Source of the DNA: a virus
Lineage: Duplodnaviria; Caudoviricetes
Virus record (IMG/VR): IMGVR_UViG_3300030372_000076
Span: 1-27,742 of that record
Length of the DNA: 27,742 nt
Direction: 5' to 3' (one strand)
Position 1 is the stretch's first letter, and each line of letters starts with the position of its first letter. The notes beneath the pieces were generated by a model. It was given only the letters and a program-made list of their open reading frames with translations. It was not told the origin of the DNA and made no database searches. The translations under genes and the position numbers were made by a program. Shown piece after piece: positions 7,627 through 17,079 of this stretch.

Positions 7627-7884
7627 ATGAATACACACGGTGGTAAAAGAGCAGGTGCAGGTAGAAAAGCAAAAGCTGAGGAACAAAAGCTAATAGAGAA
7701 TCTGACACCTATGAATGACATAGCGTTAGAATCACTAAAAAAAGGATTAGAAAAAAAAGAACAATGGGCAGTCAAATTATTCTTCGAATACTTTTATGGT
7801 AAACCACAGCAAAGGGTTGATGTTACAACTAATGATGACAGTATCAATATGCCTTTGATAAACTTTGTAAAAACTGAATCTTAA
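7627..7884 (+). CDS. terS: Terminase small subunit
   Basis: HGGKRAGAGRK N-terminus and YFYGKPQQRVDVT C-terminus; directly upstream of TerL. Confidence 0.75.
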   Translation: MNTHGGKRAGAGRKAKAEEQKLIENLTPMNDIALESLKKGLEKKEQWAVKLFFEYFYGKPQQRVDVTTNDDSINMPLINFVKTES

Positions 7885-9076
7885 CGAAAAATATAACCCT
7901 TTATTTGAATCTGATGCCCGTTATTTTATAATAACAGGTGGTAGAGGTTCTGGAAAGTCATTTGCTGTAACTGTGTTTCTTACGCTGCTTACAATGAGTA
8001 AAAACATAAGGGTATTGTTTACAAGGTATACAATGGTATCAGCACACTTGTCAATCATACCAGAGTTCTTAGAAAAGATAAGCCTACTTGGTTTTGACAA
8101 TATCTTTAGCGTAAATAAGGCTGAGGTTGTAAACTTAGGTAATAAATCAGACATACTATTTAGGGGTATAAAAACATCTGCAGGTAATCAAACAGCAAGT
8201 CTAAAATCATTACAGGGTATAAGCACTTGGGTATTAGATGAAGCTGAAGAGTTAATAGATGAAGATATATTTGATACTATTGATTTAAGTATTAGAGAGA
8301 AAGGTGTGCAGAATAGAATTATACTTATACTAAACCCAGTTACTAAAGAGCATTGGATATACAATAGGTTCTTTCAAGACAAAGGCGTAGAAGCTGGTTT
8401 TAATGGCGTTAGAGACAATGTATGCTATATACACAGTACATACCTAGACAACAAAGAAAACCTGTCAGACAGCTTTATACAGCGTGTAGAAACAATTAAG
8501 CACAGAAACTTTAAAAAATACCAACATAGAATACTTGGCTCTTGGCTTGATCGTGCAGATGGCGTAGTGTTTACTAACTGGACATTTGGAGAGTTCAATC
8601 CTGATGGCTTACAAACTTCTTGTGGTATGGACTTTGGTTTTAGTATTGACCCAGACAGCTTAACAGAAGTTGCTATTGATAAGTCAAAGCGTAAGCTATA
8701 TTTAAAAGAGCATATCTATCAAAATGGTTTAAAGTCTAATCAACTTGCTGAGATTATATTAAGCAAAGTAGGTAATATGCTTATTATCGCTGATAGTAGC
8801 GAACCACGTTTAATTGCCGATTTAAAGCATTTAGGTGTAAACATAAAACCAGTTAAAAAAGGAACTATTGAGAGTGGTGTAACTAGAATGCAAGACTATG
8901 AATTAATAGTTAGCCCAGAATCAACAAACATAGCCAAAGAATTAAACAACTATGTATATGCAGACAAAGGATCAAAGCTCTATGTAGATAATTACAATCA
9001 CAGTATTGATGGGATACGCTATAACGTTATTTATCACTTAGACAATCCAAATGCAGGAAGGTATTTTGTACAATAA
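7874..9076 (+). CDS. terL: Terminase large subunit (PBSX/SPP1-type); probable CTG start at 7874
   Basis: Walker A YFIITGGRGSGKS lies upstream of the track's GTG 7973. Also Walker B WVLDEAEE, coupling motif LNP, and nuclease motifs GMDFGF, ADS and NHSIDGIRY. Confidence 0.9.
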   Translation: MNLNEKYNPLFESDARYFIITGGRGSGKSFAVTVFLTLLTMSKNIRVLFTRYTMVSAHLSIIPEFLEKISLLGFDNIFSVNKAEVVNLGNKSDILFRGIKTSAGNQTASLKSLQGISTWVLDEAEELIDEDIFDTIDLSIREKGVQNRIILILNPVTKEHWIYNRFFQDKGVEAGFNGVRDNVCYIHSTYLDNKENLSDSFIQRVETIKHRNFKKYQHRILGSWLDRADGVVFTNWTFGEFNPDGLQTSCGMDFGFSIDPDSLTEVAIDKSKRKLYLKEHIYQNGLKSNQLAEIILSKVGNMLIIADSSEPRLIADLKHLGVNIKPVKKGTIESGVTRMQDYELIVSPESTNIAKELNNYVYADKGSKLYVDNYNHSIDGIRYNVIYHLDNPNAGRYFVQ

Positions 9077-9104
9077 ACTAAAATATTAACTTTTCTATTA
9101 TATA
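9075..9104 (+). promoter_or_regulatory. Putative late promoter 2 (tail module)
   Basis: AAACTAAA-N11-TCTATTATATA, 4 nt before ATG 9109. Confidence 0.7.
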
Positions 9105-9108
9105 TTAG

Positions 9109-9753
9109 ATGAAGGTAAAGATTAAGAAGAAGGGCAAGACAAAGCAGTTTAAATTAATTAGCAAATGGAGTGATGTCACTCTTGAAAAGTGGGTAAAGCT
9201 AATTGATTATCATAATGGCACAAAAAGTAGTGAAGCGTTAAATATAATTGCAGAACTGTCTAACATTCCTAAGAAGTTGATAAAGGAATTAGAATTAAAA
9301 GATGTTGCTGTAATTTTAAGTGCCATAGCAAAACTGCAAAAAAAACAAGATAGTTCTTTAAAAAAGATAATTGAAATAGAGGGTAAAAAATTTGGGTTTC
9401 ATCCTAATTTAGAGGAGATAACTCTTGGGGAATGGAGTGACTTAGAAACAATGTTTACAAATGGAATGGAAAGTAATCTACCAGAGATAATGTCAATATT
9501 GTATAGACCTATAACAGATGAAACATTAAATGGAATTTATACTATTGCAGCGTATGATGGTAATATTTCTATACGAGCCGAACAGATGAAAAAGATGTCA
9601 GCAGATCAAGTGCAAAGTGCATTGGTTTTTTTTTGGACTTTAGGCAAAGAATTTACAAAGATTTTGCCATCATATTTGATGGATCGCATGAAGGAAATGA
9701 AACTGCAATTGCAACAGAATCATTTGCAGAAAAATGGGGGTACTTCGGAATAA
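9109..9753 (+). CDS. Putative tail assembly chaperone (gpG-like, 0-frame product)
   Basis: Internally repeated W.DVTLEKW / LEEITLGEW motif; contains the T9 slippery run read as VFF. Confidence 0.6.
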   Translation: MKVKIKKKGKTKQFKLISKWSDVTLEKWVKLIDYHNGTKSSEALNIIAELSNIPKKLIKELELKDVAVILSAIAKLQKKQDSSLKKIIEIEGKKFGFHPNLEEITLGEWSDLETMFTNGMESNLPEIMSILYRPITDETLNGIYTIAAYDGNISIRAEQMKKMSADQVQSALVFFWTLGKEFTKILPSYLMDRMKEMKLQLQQNHLQKNGGTSE

Positions 9754-9890
9754 TGTATAGATTGTGCAACGCAGATATTTCAAAATTAGAACAAATAACA
9801 AAACTTAACTTGTTAGAGGCGTTTACTTGGTTAAGTTATGAGACAGATTTAGAATCGCAAAATAAAGTTAAACATGGCAGTCAACAATAA
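9627..9890 (+). CDS. -1 frame extension (gpGT-like) of the chaperone
   Basis: T TTT TTT heptamer at 9627-9633. The -1 frame stays open to 9890 and reads FFLDFRQRIYKDF...KWGYFGIMYRL...FTWLSYE. Confidence 0.65.
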   Translation, partial: FFLDFRQRIYKDFAIIFDGSHEGNETAIATESFAEKWGYFGIMYRLCNADISKLEQITKLNLLEAFTWLSYETDLESQNKVKHGSQQ

Positions 9891-10422
9891 GACATACAAT
9901 AACGTAACTAATACTTTAATTAGATTAGCACAGTATCATGATCAAATATCTACTGTTTCTGTTGGAGATATATTTGACATCAACTTAGAGAAAATGGAAA
10001 AGTTTCCATTATTACACATCAACCCAGTAAATGTAACAACAGGAGATTCTGAGTTAGTATATAACTATCAGATATTTATTATGGATATGGTAAGTGAGAA
10101 AAGCGACTGGCAAACTAAACAGCATGCTGATTTGACTAAGCTAGTTGATATGAAAAACAATGAGCAAGAAGTATTTAACCAATGCCTAGAAATATGCACA
10201 GATTTTATTGGTATGCTTAGGCATAGTTCAAGACAATCATTAGAAGGAGTAAATGATATTAACAAGCCTTTATATTTTACACAAGACCAGTTTACAATAG
10301 AGCCATTCCAAGAACGGTTTGATAATCTATGTTGTGGTTGGGTTTTTACAATAGGCGTAAAAGTTATGAATGACTTTAGTACTTGTAATATACCTGTAAC
10401 AGATGCAGGTGCTGGGTACTAA
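9874..10422 (+). CDS. Putative tail terminator/completion protein
   Basis: FPLLHINP...YNYQIFIMD...PFQERFDN.CCGW beta-rich pattern and position in the late region. Confidence 0.55.
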   Translation: MAVNNKTYNNVTNTLIRLAQYHDQISTVSVGDIFDINLEKMEKFPLLHINPVNVTTGDSELVYNYQIFIMDMVSEKSDWQTKQHADLTKLVDMKNNEQEVFNQCLEICTDFIGMLRHSSRQSLEGVNDINKPLYFTQDQFTIEPFQERFDNLCCGWVFTIGVKVMNDFSTCNIPVTDAGAGY

Positions 10423-10490
10423 TGTTGAAGTTTAAAATATGGAAAATAGAGATACAGATAATACCACCAAAAATAACAATCAAGCTATGA
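10422..10490 (+). CDS. Putative 22-aa micro-ORF (MLKFKIWKIEIQIIPPKITIKL)
   Basis: TAATG overlap upstream and ATGA overlap downstream. Confidence 0.5.
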   Translation: MLKFKIWKIEIQIIPPKITIKL

Positions 10491-10837
10491 GCTATGAAGA
10501 TATAATAGAAAAGCTAGAATCTATTAGCATAAAATTTCAATCATATACTGACTACCCAAAAGCTGCTAGTGCAAATGCAAAGCGAGCTAGAAAATGGAAA
10601 GAGGAGAATGGAACTGATTGTGGAACTAGAACTGGGTGGACAAGAAGTTCGCAAATCGCAGAAATGAAACCCATCTCTAGAGATACGATTGCACGTGTTG
10701 CTAGTTTTAAAAGACATCAACAACACAAAGATGTTCCCTACGATGAAGGCTGTGGTGGTTTAATGTGGGATGCTTGGGGTGGTACTGAGATGATAGAATG
10801 GTCGATAAGAAAACTAAAACAAATAGATAGTCAATAA
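10487..10837 (+). CDS. Conserved hypothetical phage domain protein (start moved to ATG 10487)
   Basis: YTDYP..A..NAKRA...CGT..GW.R..Q.....IS..TI.R..SF.RH...LMWDAWGG. Confidence 0.7.
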   Translation: MSYEDIIEKLESISIKFQSYTDYPKAASANAKRARKWKEENGTDCGTRTGWTRSSQIAEMKPISRDTIARVASFKRHQQHKDVPYDEGCGGLMWDAWGGTEMIEWSIRKLKQIDSQ

Positions 10838-10847
10838 TTAAATAAAA

Positions 10848-11051
10848 ATGGAAATATTTGAATTAATAGAAAGATATGGAGTGACCTTAGTTTTGTTAGT
10901 GGGTTGCTTTTATGCTTTGTATCAATTCTTTTTTTTTAGTGTAAGAGAGGTAAAAAGCACTTTTGAAAAGCACCATGAGAAAAATGCTGATAACATGAGT
11001 GAAATAAAAGAAAAAATAAATAAAATATTAGAATTAATAAAAAATAAATAA
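10848..11051 (+). CDS. Small membrane protein (single transmembrane helix plus coiled coil, holin-like)
   Basis: YGVTLVLLVGCFYALYQFFFF followed by a charged heptad tail. Confidence 0.55.
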   Translation: MEIFELIERYGVTLVLLVGCFYALYQFFFFSVREVKSTFEKHHEKNADNMSEIKEKINKILELIKNK

Positions 11052-11053
11052 AT

Positions 11054-11506
11054 ATGGCAGATTTAGTAGTAACAATTTCCGAGAGTGTAACAGTCAATGG
11101 TGCATTAAGAGGATCAACAAATAACTTAACAGTGACAGGAATTACAGACACATTTGAAAGAGTAGTAACTTGTCCTCATTCATCTACAACAACAATAGCA
11201 ACATTTTCATCTAATGTATATGATAGTGCTGGTGCAATTGATACTGAAAACGTAAAGTACATTAGGGTAAGTAATTTATCTACAACACATGATATGTATA
11301 TTGGTGTGGCTGCAACTTCTTATGCTTATACTATGTTGATTCCAGCAGGAGTATCACATATAATAGGTCAGGCATCAGGCATTATGGTAGCAACTTCAGA
11401 GGGTGCAGTACCTATATATGAAGCTTTAAAAGACCTTACAAAAATTGAGATTAGACCAGTTTCAGAAAATGATGTAGATGCAGAAATATTTGTTGCTTCA
11501 TCATAA
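11054..11506 (+). CDS. Putative virion structural protein
   Basis: Thr/Ser/Val-rich beta-type composition within the late module. Confidence 0.55.
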   Translation: MADLVVTISESVTVNGALRGSTNNLTVTGITDTFERVVTCPHSSTTTIATFSSNVYDSAGAIDTENVKYIRVSNLSTTHDMYIGVAATSYAYTMLIPAGVSHIIGQASGIMVATSEGAVPIYEALKDLTKIEIRPVSENDVDAEIFVASS

Positions 11507-12036
11507 TGAAAACTAAAAATATAGAAAGATACTTAGAAAGTTTTGGAAAATACGTAATTAAACAATCCAGAACTAATTTAAGTAAAGCTAAGAAAAATCT
11601 AACTAGAGATTTATATAACTCTTTAAAATTTACAGTTAAAAAAAAGAAAAATGGTTTTTCAGTCAATTTTTTTATGGCAGATTATGGTACGTTTGTAGAC
11701 AAGGGTGTTTCAGGCGACAAGCAGCCACAATCTTATAAAGATTATAAAGGCAAAACAAAATCTAGTCCTTATCAGTACACCACAAAACAACCACCAAGTA
11801 AGGCGTTAGATAAATGGATAGTTAGAAGGGGTATTGCACCAAGAGATGAGCAGGGTAGGTTTATTTCAAGAAAAAGCATAGCATTTTTAATAGCTAGAAG
11901 TATTAAGAAAAAAGGAATAAAAAGCACCAGTTTTTTCCAACGTCCTTTAGAGTTAGGCCTTAAAAGATTTGGAAAAGAGCTTTTAATAAATGTAAGAAAA
12001 GATGTAGTTAATATTTTAAGACAATCAATTAACTAA
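11506..12036 (+). CDS. Putative neck/tail-completion protein (HK97 gp10-like)
   Basis: Basic; TRDLYNSL..., YGTFVDKG, PP..AL..W, IARSI.KKGI....FF pattern. Confidence 0.6.
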   Translation: MKTKNIERYLESFGKYVIKQSRTNLSKAKKNLTRDLYNSLKFTVKKKKNGFSVNFFMADYGTFVDKGVSGDKQPQSYKDYKGKTKSSPYQYTTKQPPSKALDKWIVRRGIAPRDEQGRFISRKSIAFLIARSIKKKGIKSTSFFQRPLELGLKRFGKELLINVRKDVVNILRQSIN

Positions 12037-12051
12037 TATAAAATAAAATAA

Positions 12052-13503
12052 ATGGCAGCAAATTCAGTAATAGAACAACAACCCTTATACAATGTAATAC
12101 CAGTTGGACAAGAGGTTATATTTGTAGTATCTAATCAGACAGCAGTAGCTAATGAATTTAAGGTTAAATTTATATGTGAAGTACATATAAGCAACACTAC
12201 GCATCCTGTTGTAGGCACAGCAAATGATCTAATAGGAACTTTTAAAACAACACCAAATAATGCAGGGGTTGGAATTTTTGATTTACGTAATATAATAGAA
12301 AGTTATGTAAAAGCAGATAATATGGCTGCTAATGGTAGTGCATTTAAAACTACTACAACAAGTGATGATCAAAGACACCCTCTACATTTAATAGATAAGT
12401 TTTCTTTAAACAATAATGCTGCATCTTATTTGGCTTTGCAATTTAAAGTAGAATACTTAGGTGCTACTGATAGTGCAGGGAATCAAGACAACAACATAGT
12501 AAGAACGCAAGCAGGCACTGCTGTTAACTCTGATGTATTTGAAATTTTTAATGGGTATTTAAAGTATGATGATATTCTAAATATAGGAACAGGTGCTGAT
12601 GCCTCTAATTTTGGATATGACATTACAAAGTTTGAAAACACTAATGGAAGTACAGGGCAATTTTTAACTAATGCTCCATTAACTCAATATGCTAATCAAG
12701 AGGACTACGGTACTTTTGCATATCTTACAGAAACTAATGTGGCAAGTGGCTTTCAAAATGGTTATGTTGACAACATACAAATAAAGTTGTATAACAGTTC
12801 AGATGCTCAAATTGGTACTACAATACAAGTAGACAGAACCTCTGCAAATGGTGCGTATGGCACTTATCAAGCTAAAGCAGAACAAGAGTTAATTTACTTT
12901 GGTTGCTTTCCTGGAAATCTCAGAAACTGGAGTACAGTATTCCAAACGCAACTAGCAACAGGCAATCTAGCTTACTATACTGTAAGAGCATACAACAGCT
13001 CTACTACAGTAGGACAAAGATATATTATTAATGTAAATTGTCCTGATCTAAGAGATTTTGAAAGCATTAGGCTGTGTTGGCTAAATCAGTGGGGTGCTTG
13101 GGATTACTATACTTTTACAAAAAAATCAGTTAGAAGTTTGACAACTAAATCAACAACATATAATCAGCTTAAAGGTACATGGAATGAAAGCCTATATAGA
13201 ATGGATAGTTTTAAAGGTGGTAAGAAAGCATTTAGAGTTAATGCGACTGAAATGATTAGAGTTAATACAGATTTTTTAAATGAAAATGAAAATGTAATGT
13301 TTGAGGAGTTAATGAATAGTCCAGAAGTTTATATGTTAGAAGGCTTTCAAACTACAACAAGCACACAGTTACTTAATCAGTTTGTAACACCTGTTAGAGT
13401 TACTAGCTCTAGCTTTACAAAAAAGACAATTGCAAATGACAAGTTAATGCAATATACATTTGAAATAGAAAAAACCAAAACACTAAGAACACAAGCAATC
13501 TAA
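12052..13503 (+). CDS. Tail tip/distal-tail-like structural protein
   Basis: C-terminal WLNQWGAWDYYTF...ELMNSPEVY motif; precedes the large tail protein. Confidence 0.6.
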   Translation: MAANSVIEQQPLYNVIPVGQEVIFVVSNQTAVANEFKVKFICEVHISNTTHPVVGTANDLIGTFKTTPNNAGVGIFDLRNIIESYVKADNMAANGSAFKTTTTSDDQRHPLHLIDKFSLNNNAASYLALQFKVEYLGATDSAGNQDNNIVRTQAGTAVNSDVFEIFNGYLKYDDILNIGTGADASNFGYDITKFENTNGSTGQFLTNAPLTQYANQEDYGTFAYLTETNVASGFQNGYVDNIQIKLYNSSDAQIGTTIQVDRTSANGAYGTYQAKAEQELIYFGCFPGNLRNWSTVFQTQLATGNLAYYTVRAYNSSTTVGQRYIINVNCPDLRDFESIRLCWLNQWGAWDYYTFTKKSVRSLTTKSTTYNQLKGTWNESLYRMDSFKGGKKAFRVNATEMIRVNTDFLNENENVMFEELMNSPEVYMLEGFQTTTSTQLLNQFVTPVRVTSSSFTKKTIANDKLMQYTFEIEKTKTLRTQAI

Positions 13504-16238
13504 TGTCAGTACAGCTAATATTATACCCACAAAATACTTCTGGTAAGTATAATCAAATTTCTATAATTGCAAATGAATATGTAGTTAATGGTATTGATTT
13601 TTTAGGTTTAGGATCAGCAACTTCAAGAGATAGTTCGGCAGCAAATATATATCAAGATGTTTTAACTAATCAGCCACCATCTATAATTAATAGTTGGTAC
13701 AGATTTAGAAGTACAGTAGGTGGTACACCTGCATTGCCTACTGTAAGTTCAGGGAACGCTGTTTTTAATTCTATTGCTGTTGCAAATACTACTGGAATAT
13801 ATCAAAGGCTGTCAAATTTAAGTGTAGGACAAAGCTATACTGTAAATCTAAATCTTTCCACGACATCATCTGGCTTTGTTTTTATAGGTATTTTTAATGG
13901 TACAACACAATTAGCAAATCTACCTTTTGCAGCTTCATCAGCTAATATAAGCTATAACTTTATAGCAAATGCAATTGATAATACAATCATTATTACCTAT
14001 GCAAATAGTGTAGCTACAAACATTGAAATCAGCACAATATCTGTTGTGCCACAAGAGCAACAACCATCTGGTAATATAACTTTATTAGAAAACGGTCAAG
14101 TTATCTGTGACTTATACGAGGATGAAGATATACCACTAACACTAAGTATTGATGATTTTAAAAATGCAGCAGAAAAAGTGCAGTCATACTCTAAAGCATT
14201 CTCACTGCCTGCAACAAAAAGAAACAATAAGATATTCAACAATATTTTTGAAATAACAAGAAATGATGATGGCGTTATATTTAACCCATATTTAAGAACA
14301 AAGTGTGTATTAAAGCAAAATGGTGTTTTAATATTTGAAGGATATTTAAGGTTAATAGATGTTCAGGACAAATTAGGAGAAGTAAGCTACAATGTTAATT
14401 TGTATTCAGAAGTCATAGCATTAGCAGATTATTTAGAGGATAGAACATTTAGTGATTTAAACTTTACTGAATTATCACATACTTATAATAAGACAAACAT
14501 TAAAGCAAGTTGGACATCAGGAGTAACATATACTGCATCAAATACATCAGGTTTTAGAGCAGCAGATACAATTAAGTACCCATTTGTAAATTGGACTAAT
14601 CAGATAATCTTGGCTAATGGATCAACAGGAAGTAATGCAACAATTGGCAATCCAGAATTAACATCACTAGAGCAAGCATTTAGACCTTTCATAAATATAA
14701 GATATTTGATAGACAGGATATTTCAAAACACACCTTTTTCTTTTACTTCTGAATTTTTTGATGAAGCAGATTTTAAAAAGTTGTATATGGACTTTAACTG
14801 GGGTTCTGACAATAATCCAACAAATGAAAATAGCTCTACATATTATGGGTTTTATATATTTAACGTTGGAGATGGCAGTGCTGCAAATCATGCTACATCT
14901 ACTTATGATGTTTTAAATCTATCTAGTAATTTGCCTTTTATTAGTGGAACAACCCCACCAAATTACAATGATACAACTAATGTTCTTACATCAACAGTGG
15001 CTAATGAAGCGTACACTATAAACTATGAGTATTCTATAGAAAATACAGACACTGTGGCAAGAGAAATTGAATGCAGATGGTTGTATAATACTACTGAAAT
15101 AAACTACTCAGGAGTTCAAACAATTCCTGCTGGTGGAAAATTTGCATACACAGGAACATTCACACAGGTAATGAGTAATCCAGGTGATACTTTAAAAGCA
15201 CAATTTAAAACTAATGCAGGAACAGCATCAAAAGTAAGCCAAGATCAAATAGCTTTTCCTAATTATGGTGCTTATGTTAGCTGGCAAACAGGTATGTTAA
15301 ATTTAACTTCTAACGTCCTTTTGCAAACGCTAAGAGGAGAGTTAGGACAGTGGGAGTTCTTGAAGGGTATAATGACAATGTTTAACTTAGTGTCTATTCC
15401 TGATAAATCTGATCCAAATAATATACTGATTGAGCCTTATGCAGATGTGTTTATAAAAACTACTAAAGGAACATCACTATCTGACAGAAGTATAGCACAT
15501 GATTGGACTGACAAAATAGATGTATCAGAAATGCAACTAACACCCCTTACTAATTTAAACAAAAAAACTATTTTTAAATTTGTAGAGGATGATGATGACT
15601 ATGCTTTTACATTTTACAAAAATAAAGTAGGTGGACACTTATACGGCAGCAAAGTATTTGATGCTTCAGGGTTTACTATTTTAGAAGGTCTTGAAGAGAT
15701 AATACCTGAGCCTTTTGCAGCAACAGTACCAAGACCTTTAGACGAACAGTTTCCTAATTTTATAGTGCCAATGATTTATTCTTATAATGCAGATGATGGC
15801 ACTTCTAGTGGCTTTGAGAATAGTCCTAGAATAATGTATGATAATGGCGTAAAAAATTCAGGAACTACTTACTATATACCTGCACAAAATGGCGTTACAA
15901 GTGAGAATCAATCTGACTTCTTGCAGTTTAGTCATTTATCAACAATACCAACTGCACAGGGAACAATAGATTTTCATTTTGGAGAATGTCAATTAATACA
16001 GCCAATAGGAAGTCCAGTTAATACTAACTTATTCAACTTGTATTGGATGCCTTATTTTGCAGAACTGTATAATGCTAATACAAGAACAATGACATTAAAG
16101 GTTAATTTAACAGCAGGAGATATTTCTACATTTAATCTATATGACACTGTGTTTATAAAAAATAGAGAATTTAGAGTAAATAAAATAGAGTATAAACCAA
16201 ACGACTTAGCAACAGTTGAATTTATATTAATACCATAA
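13503..16238 (+). CDS. Large tail tip/hub protein (911 aa)
   Basis: DLYEDEDIPLTLSIDD...SYSKAFSLPAT..NN.IF motif, with likely carbohydrate-binding-like beta insertions at the N-terminus and centre. Confidence 0.65.
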   Translation: MSVQLILYPQNTSGKYNQISIIANEYVVNGIDFLGLGSATSRDSSAANIYQDVLTNQPPSIINSWYRFRSTVGGTPALPTVSSGNAVFNSIAVANTTGIYQRLSNLSVGQSYTVNLNLSTTSSGFVFIGIFNGTTQLANLPFAASSANISYNFIANAIDNTIIITYANSVATNIEISTISVVPQEQQPSGNITLLENGQVICDLYEDEDIPLTLSIDDFKNAAEKVQSYSKAFSLPATKRNNKIFNNIFEITRNDDGVIFNPYLRTKCVLKQNGVLIFEGYLRLIDVQDKLGEVSYNVNLYSEVIALADYLEDRTFSDLNFTELSHTYNKTNIKASWTSGVTYTASNTSGFRAADTIKYPFVNWTNQIILANGSTGSNATIGNPELTSLEQAFRPFINIRYLIDRIFQNTPFSFTSEFFDEADFKKLYMDFNWGSDNNPTNENSSTYYGFYIFNVGDGSAANHATSTYDVLNLSSNLPFISGTTPPNYNDTTNVLTSTVANEAYTINYEYSIENTDTVAREIECRWLYNTTEINYSGVQTIPAGGKFAYTGTFTQVMSNPGDTLKAQFKTNAGTASKVSQDQIAFPNYGAYVSWQTGMLNLTSNVLLQTLRGELGQWEFLKGIMTMFNLVSIPDKSDPNNILIEPYADVFIKTTKGTSLSDRSIAHDWTDKIDVSEMQLTPLTNLNKKTIFKFVEDDDDYAFTFYKNKVGGHLYGSKVFDASGFTILEGLEEIIPEPFAATVPRPLDEQFPNFIVPMIYSYNADDGTSSGFENSPRIMYDNGVKNSGTTYYIPAQNGVTSENQSDFLQFSHLSTIPTAQGTIDFHFGECQLIQPIGSPVNTNLFNLYWMPYFAELYNANTRTMTLKVNLTAGDISTFNLYDTVFIKNREFRVNKIEYKPNDLATVEFILIP

Positions 16239-17074
16239 TGAAAGCATCAATACCATATTTACCAGGTTACATAGTTAAACCTCATGTAACATACCCTTCT
16301 GGAGAAGTTTTTTTTACAGATGGAACTAATATAGGAATAACACCTAATCAGCAACAGTGTGAGGCGTATGGATATACATATAATAAACAAACAGGTACTT
16401 GCACAGCATTTGCTCCAGTTGATAAATTAGGAGACAGTATTACAAATACTAACAACAATGTTCAGGGATCAAATAATGTAACCGAAACAGGCACAAACAA
16501 TTCCTATGTTATGGGGGAAAATAACACTATAAAAGGATTGTCAAGAAATAACGTAGTAGTTGGTAGTAATAATGAAATTGCTAATGGTATAAATAATGCA
16601 TCTGTATTTGGCAATTTTGGACTTGCACAGCGACAGGGAGAAATAGTCTTGGGTGGTGGTGGTTTTAGTGGTGCAGGAACAGGTAATGCTCAAAGTTCAA
16701 CAATAGCATTAACAGGAACAACAACAGATGGAAGTGCTACAAGCCTTTTTGTTAATGGAGATTCTAATACAACAGCAATAGCAAGAACAAGTGGTATATT
16801 TTTATCATTTGAAGCAGTAGTCATGGGTGTAAGAACAGGTGGTGCAGCAGCAAGTGGTGCTGTTAATGATAGAATAGCAGTTAAAATCTACGGATTAGTA
16901 TATACAACAACAGTAGATCAGTCAACGTATGACATTGGTAAATTTGGAACAACAGGGGGTTGGGGTGCAGCAATGCAGTTTAGTGGTAGTGACATGGTGC
17001 TACAAGTATCAGGTGCAGCTAGCATGAATATAAGCTGGAGTGCAACTCTAGACCTTTATGAATTAAAAGTATAA
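16238..17074 (+). CDS. Tail fibre/spike-like protein
   Basis: Asn/Gly-rich beta-roll-like repeats (GSNN, GENN, GSNN) and a beta-rich C-terminal domain. Confidence 0.6.
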   Translation: MKASIPYLPGYIVKPHVTYPSGEVFFTDGTNIGITPNQQQCEAYGYTYNKQTGTCTAFAPVDKLGDSITNTNNNVQGSNNVTETGTNNSYVMGENNTIKGLSRNNVVVGSNNEIANGINNASVFGNFGLAQRQGEIVLGGGGFSGAGTGNAQSSTIALTGTTTDGSATSLFVNGDSNTTAIARTSGIFLSFEAVVMGVRTGGAAASGAVNDRIAVKIYGLVYTTTVDQSTYDIGKFGTTGGWGAAMQFSGSDMVLQVSGAASMNISWSATLDLYELKV

Positions 17075-17079
17075 AAATT

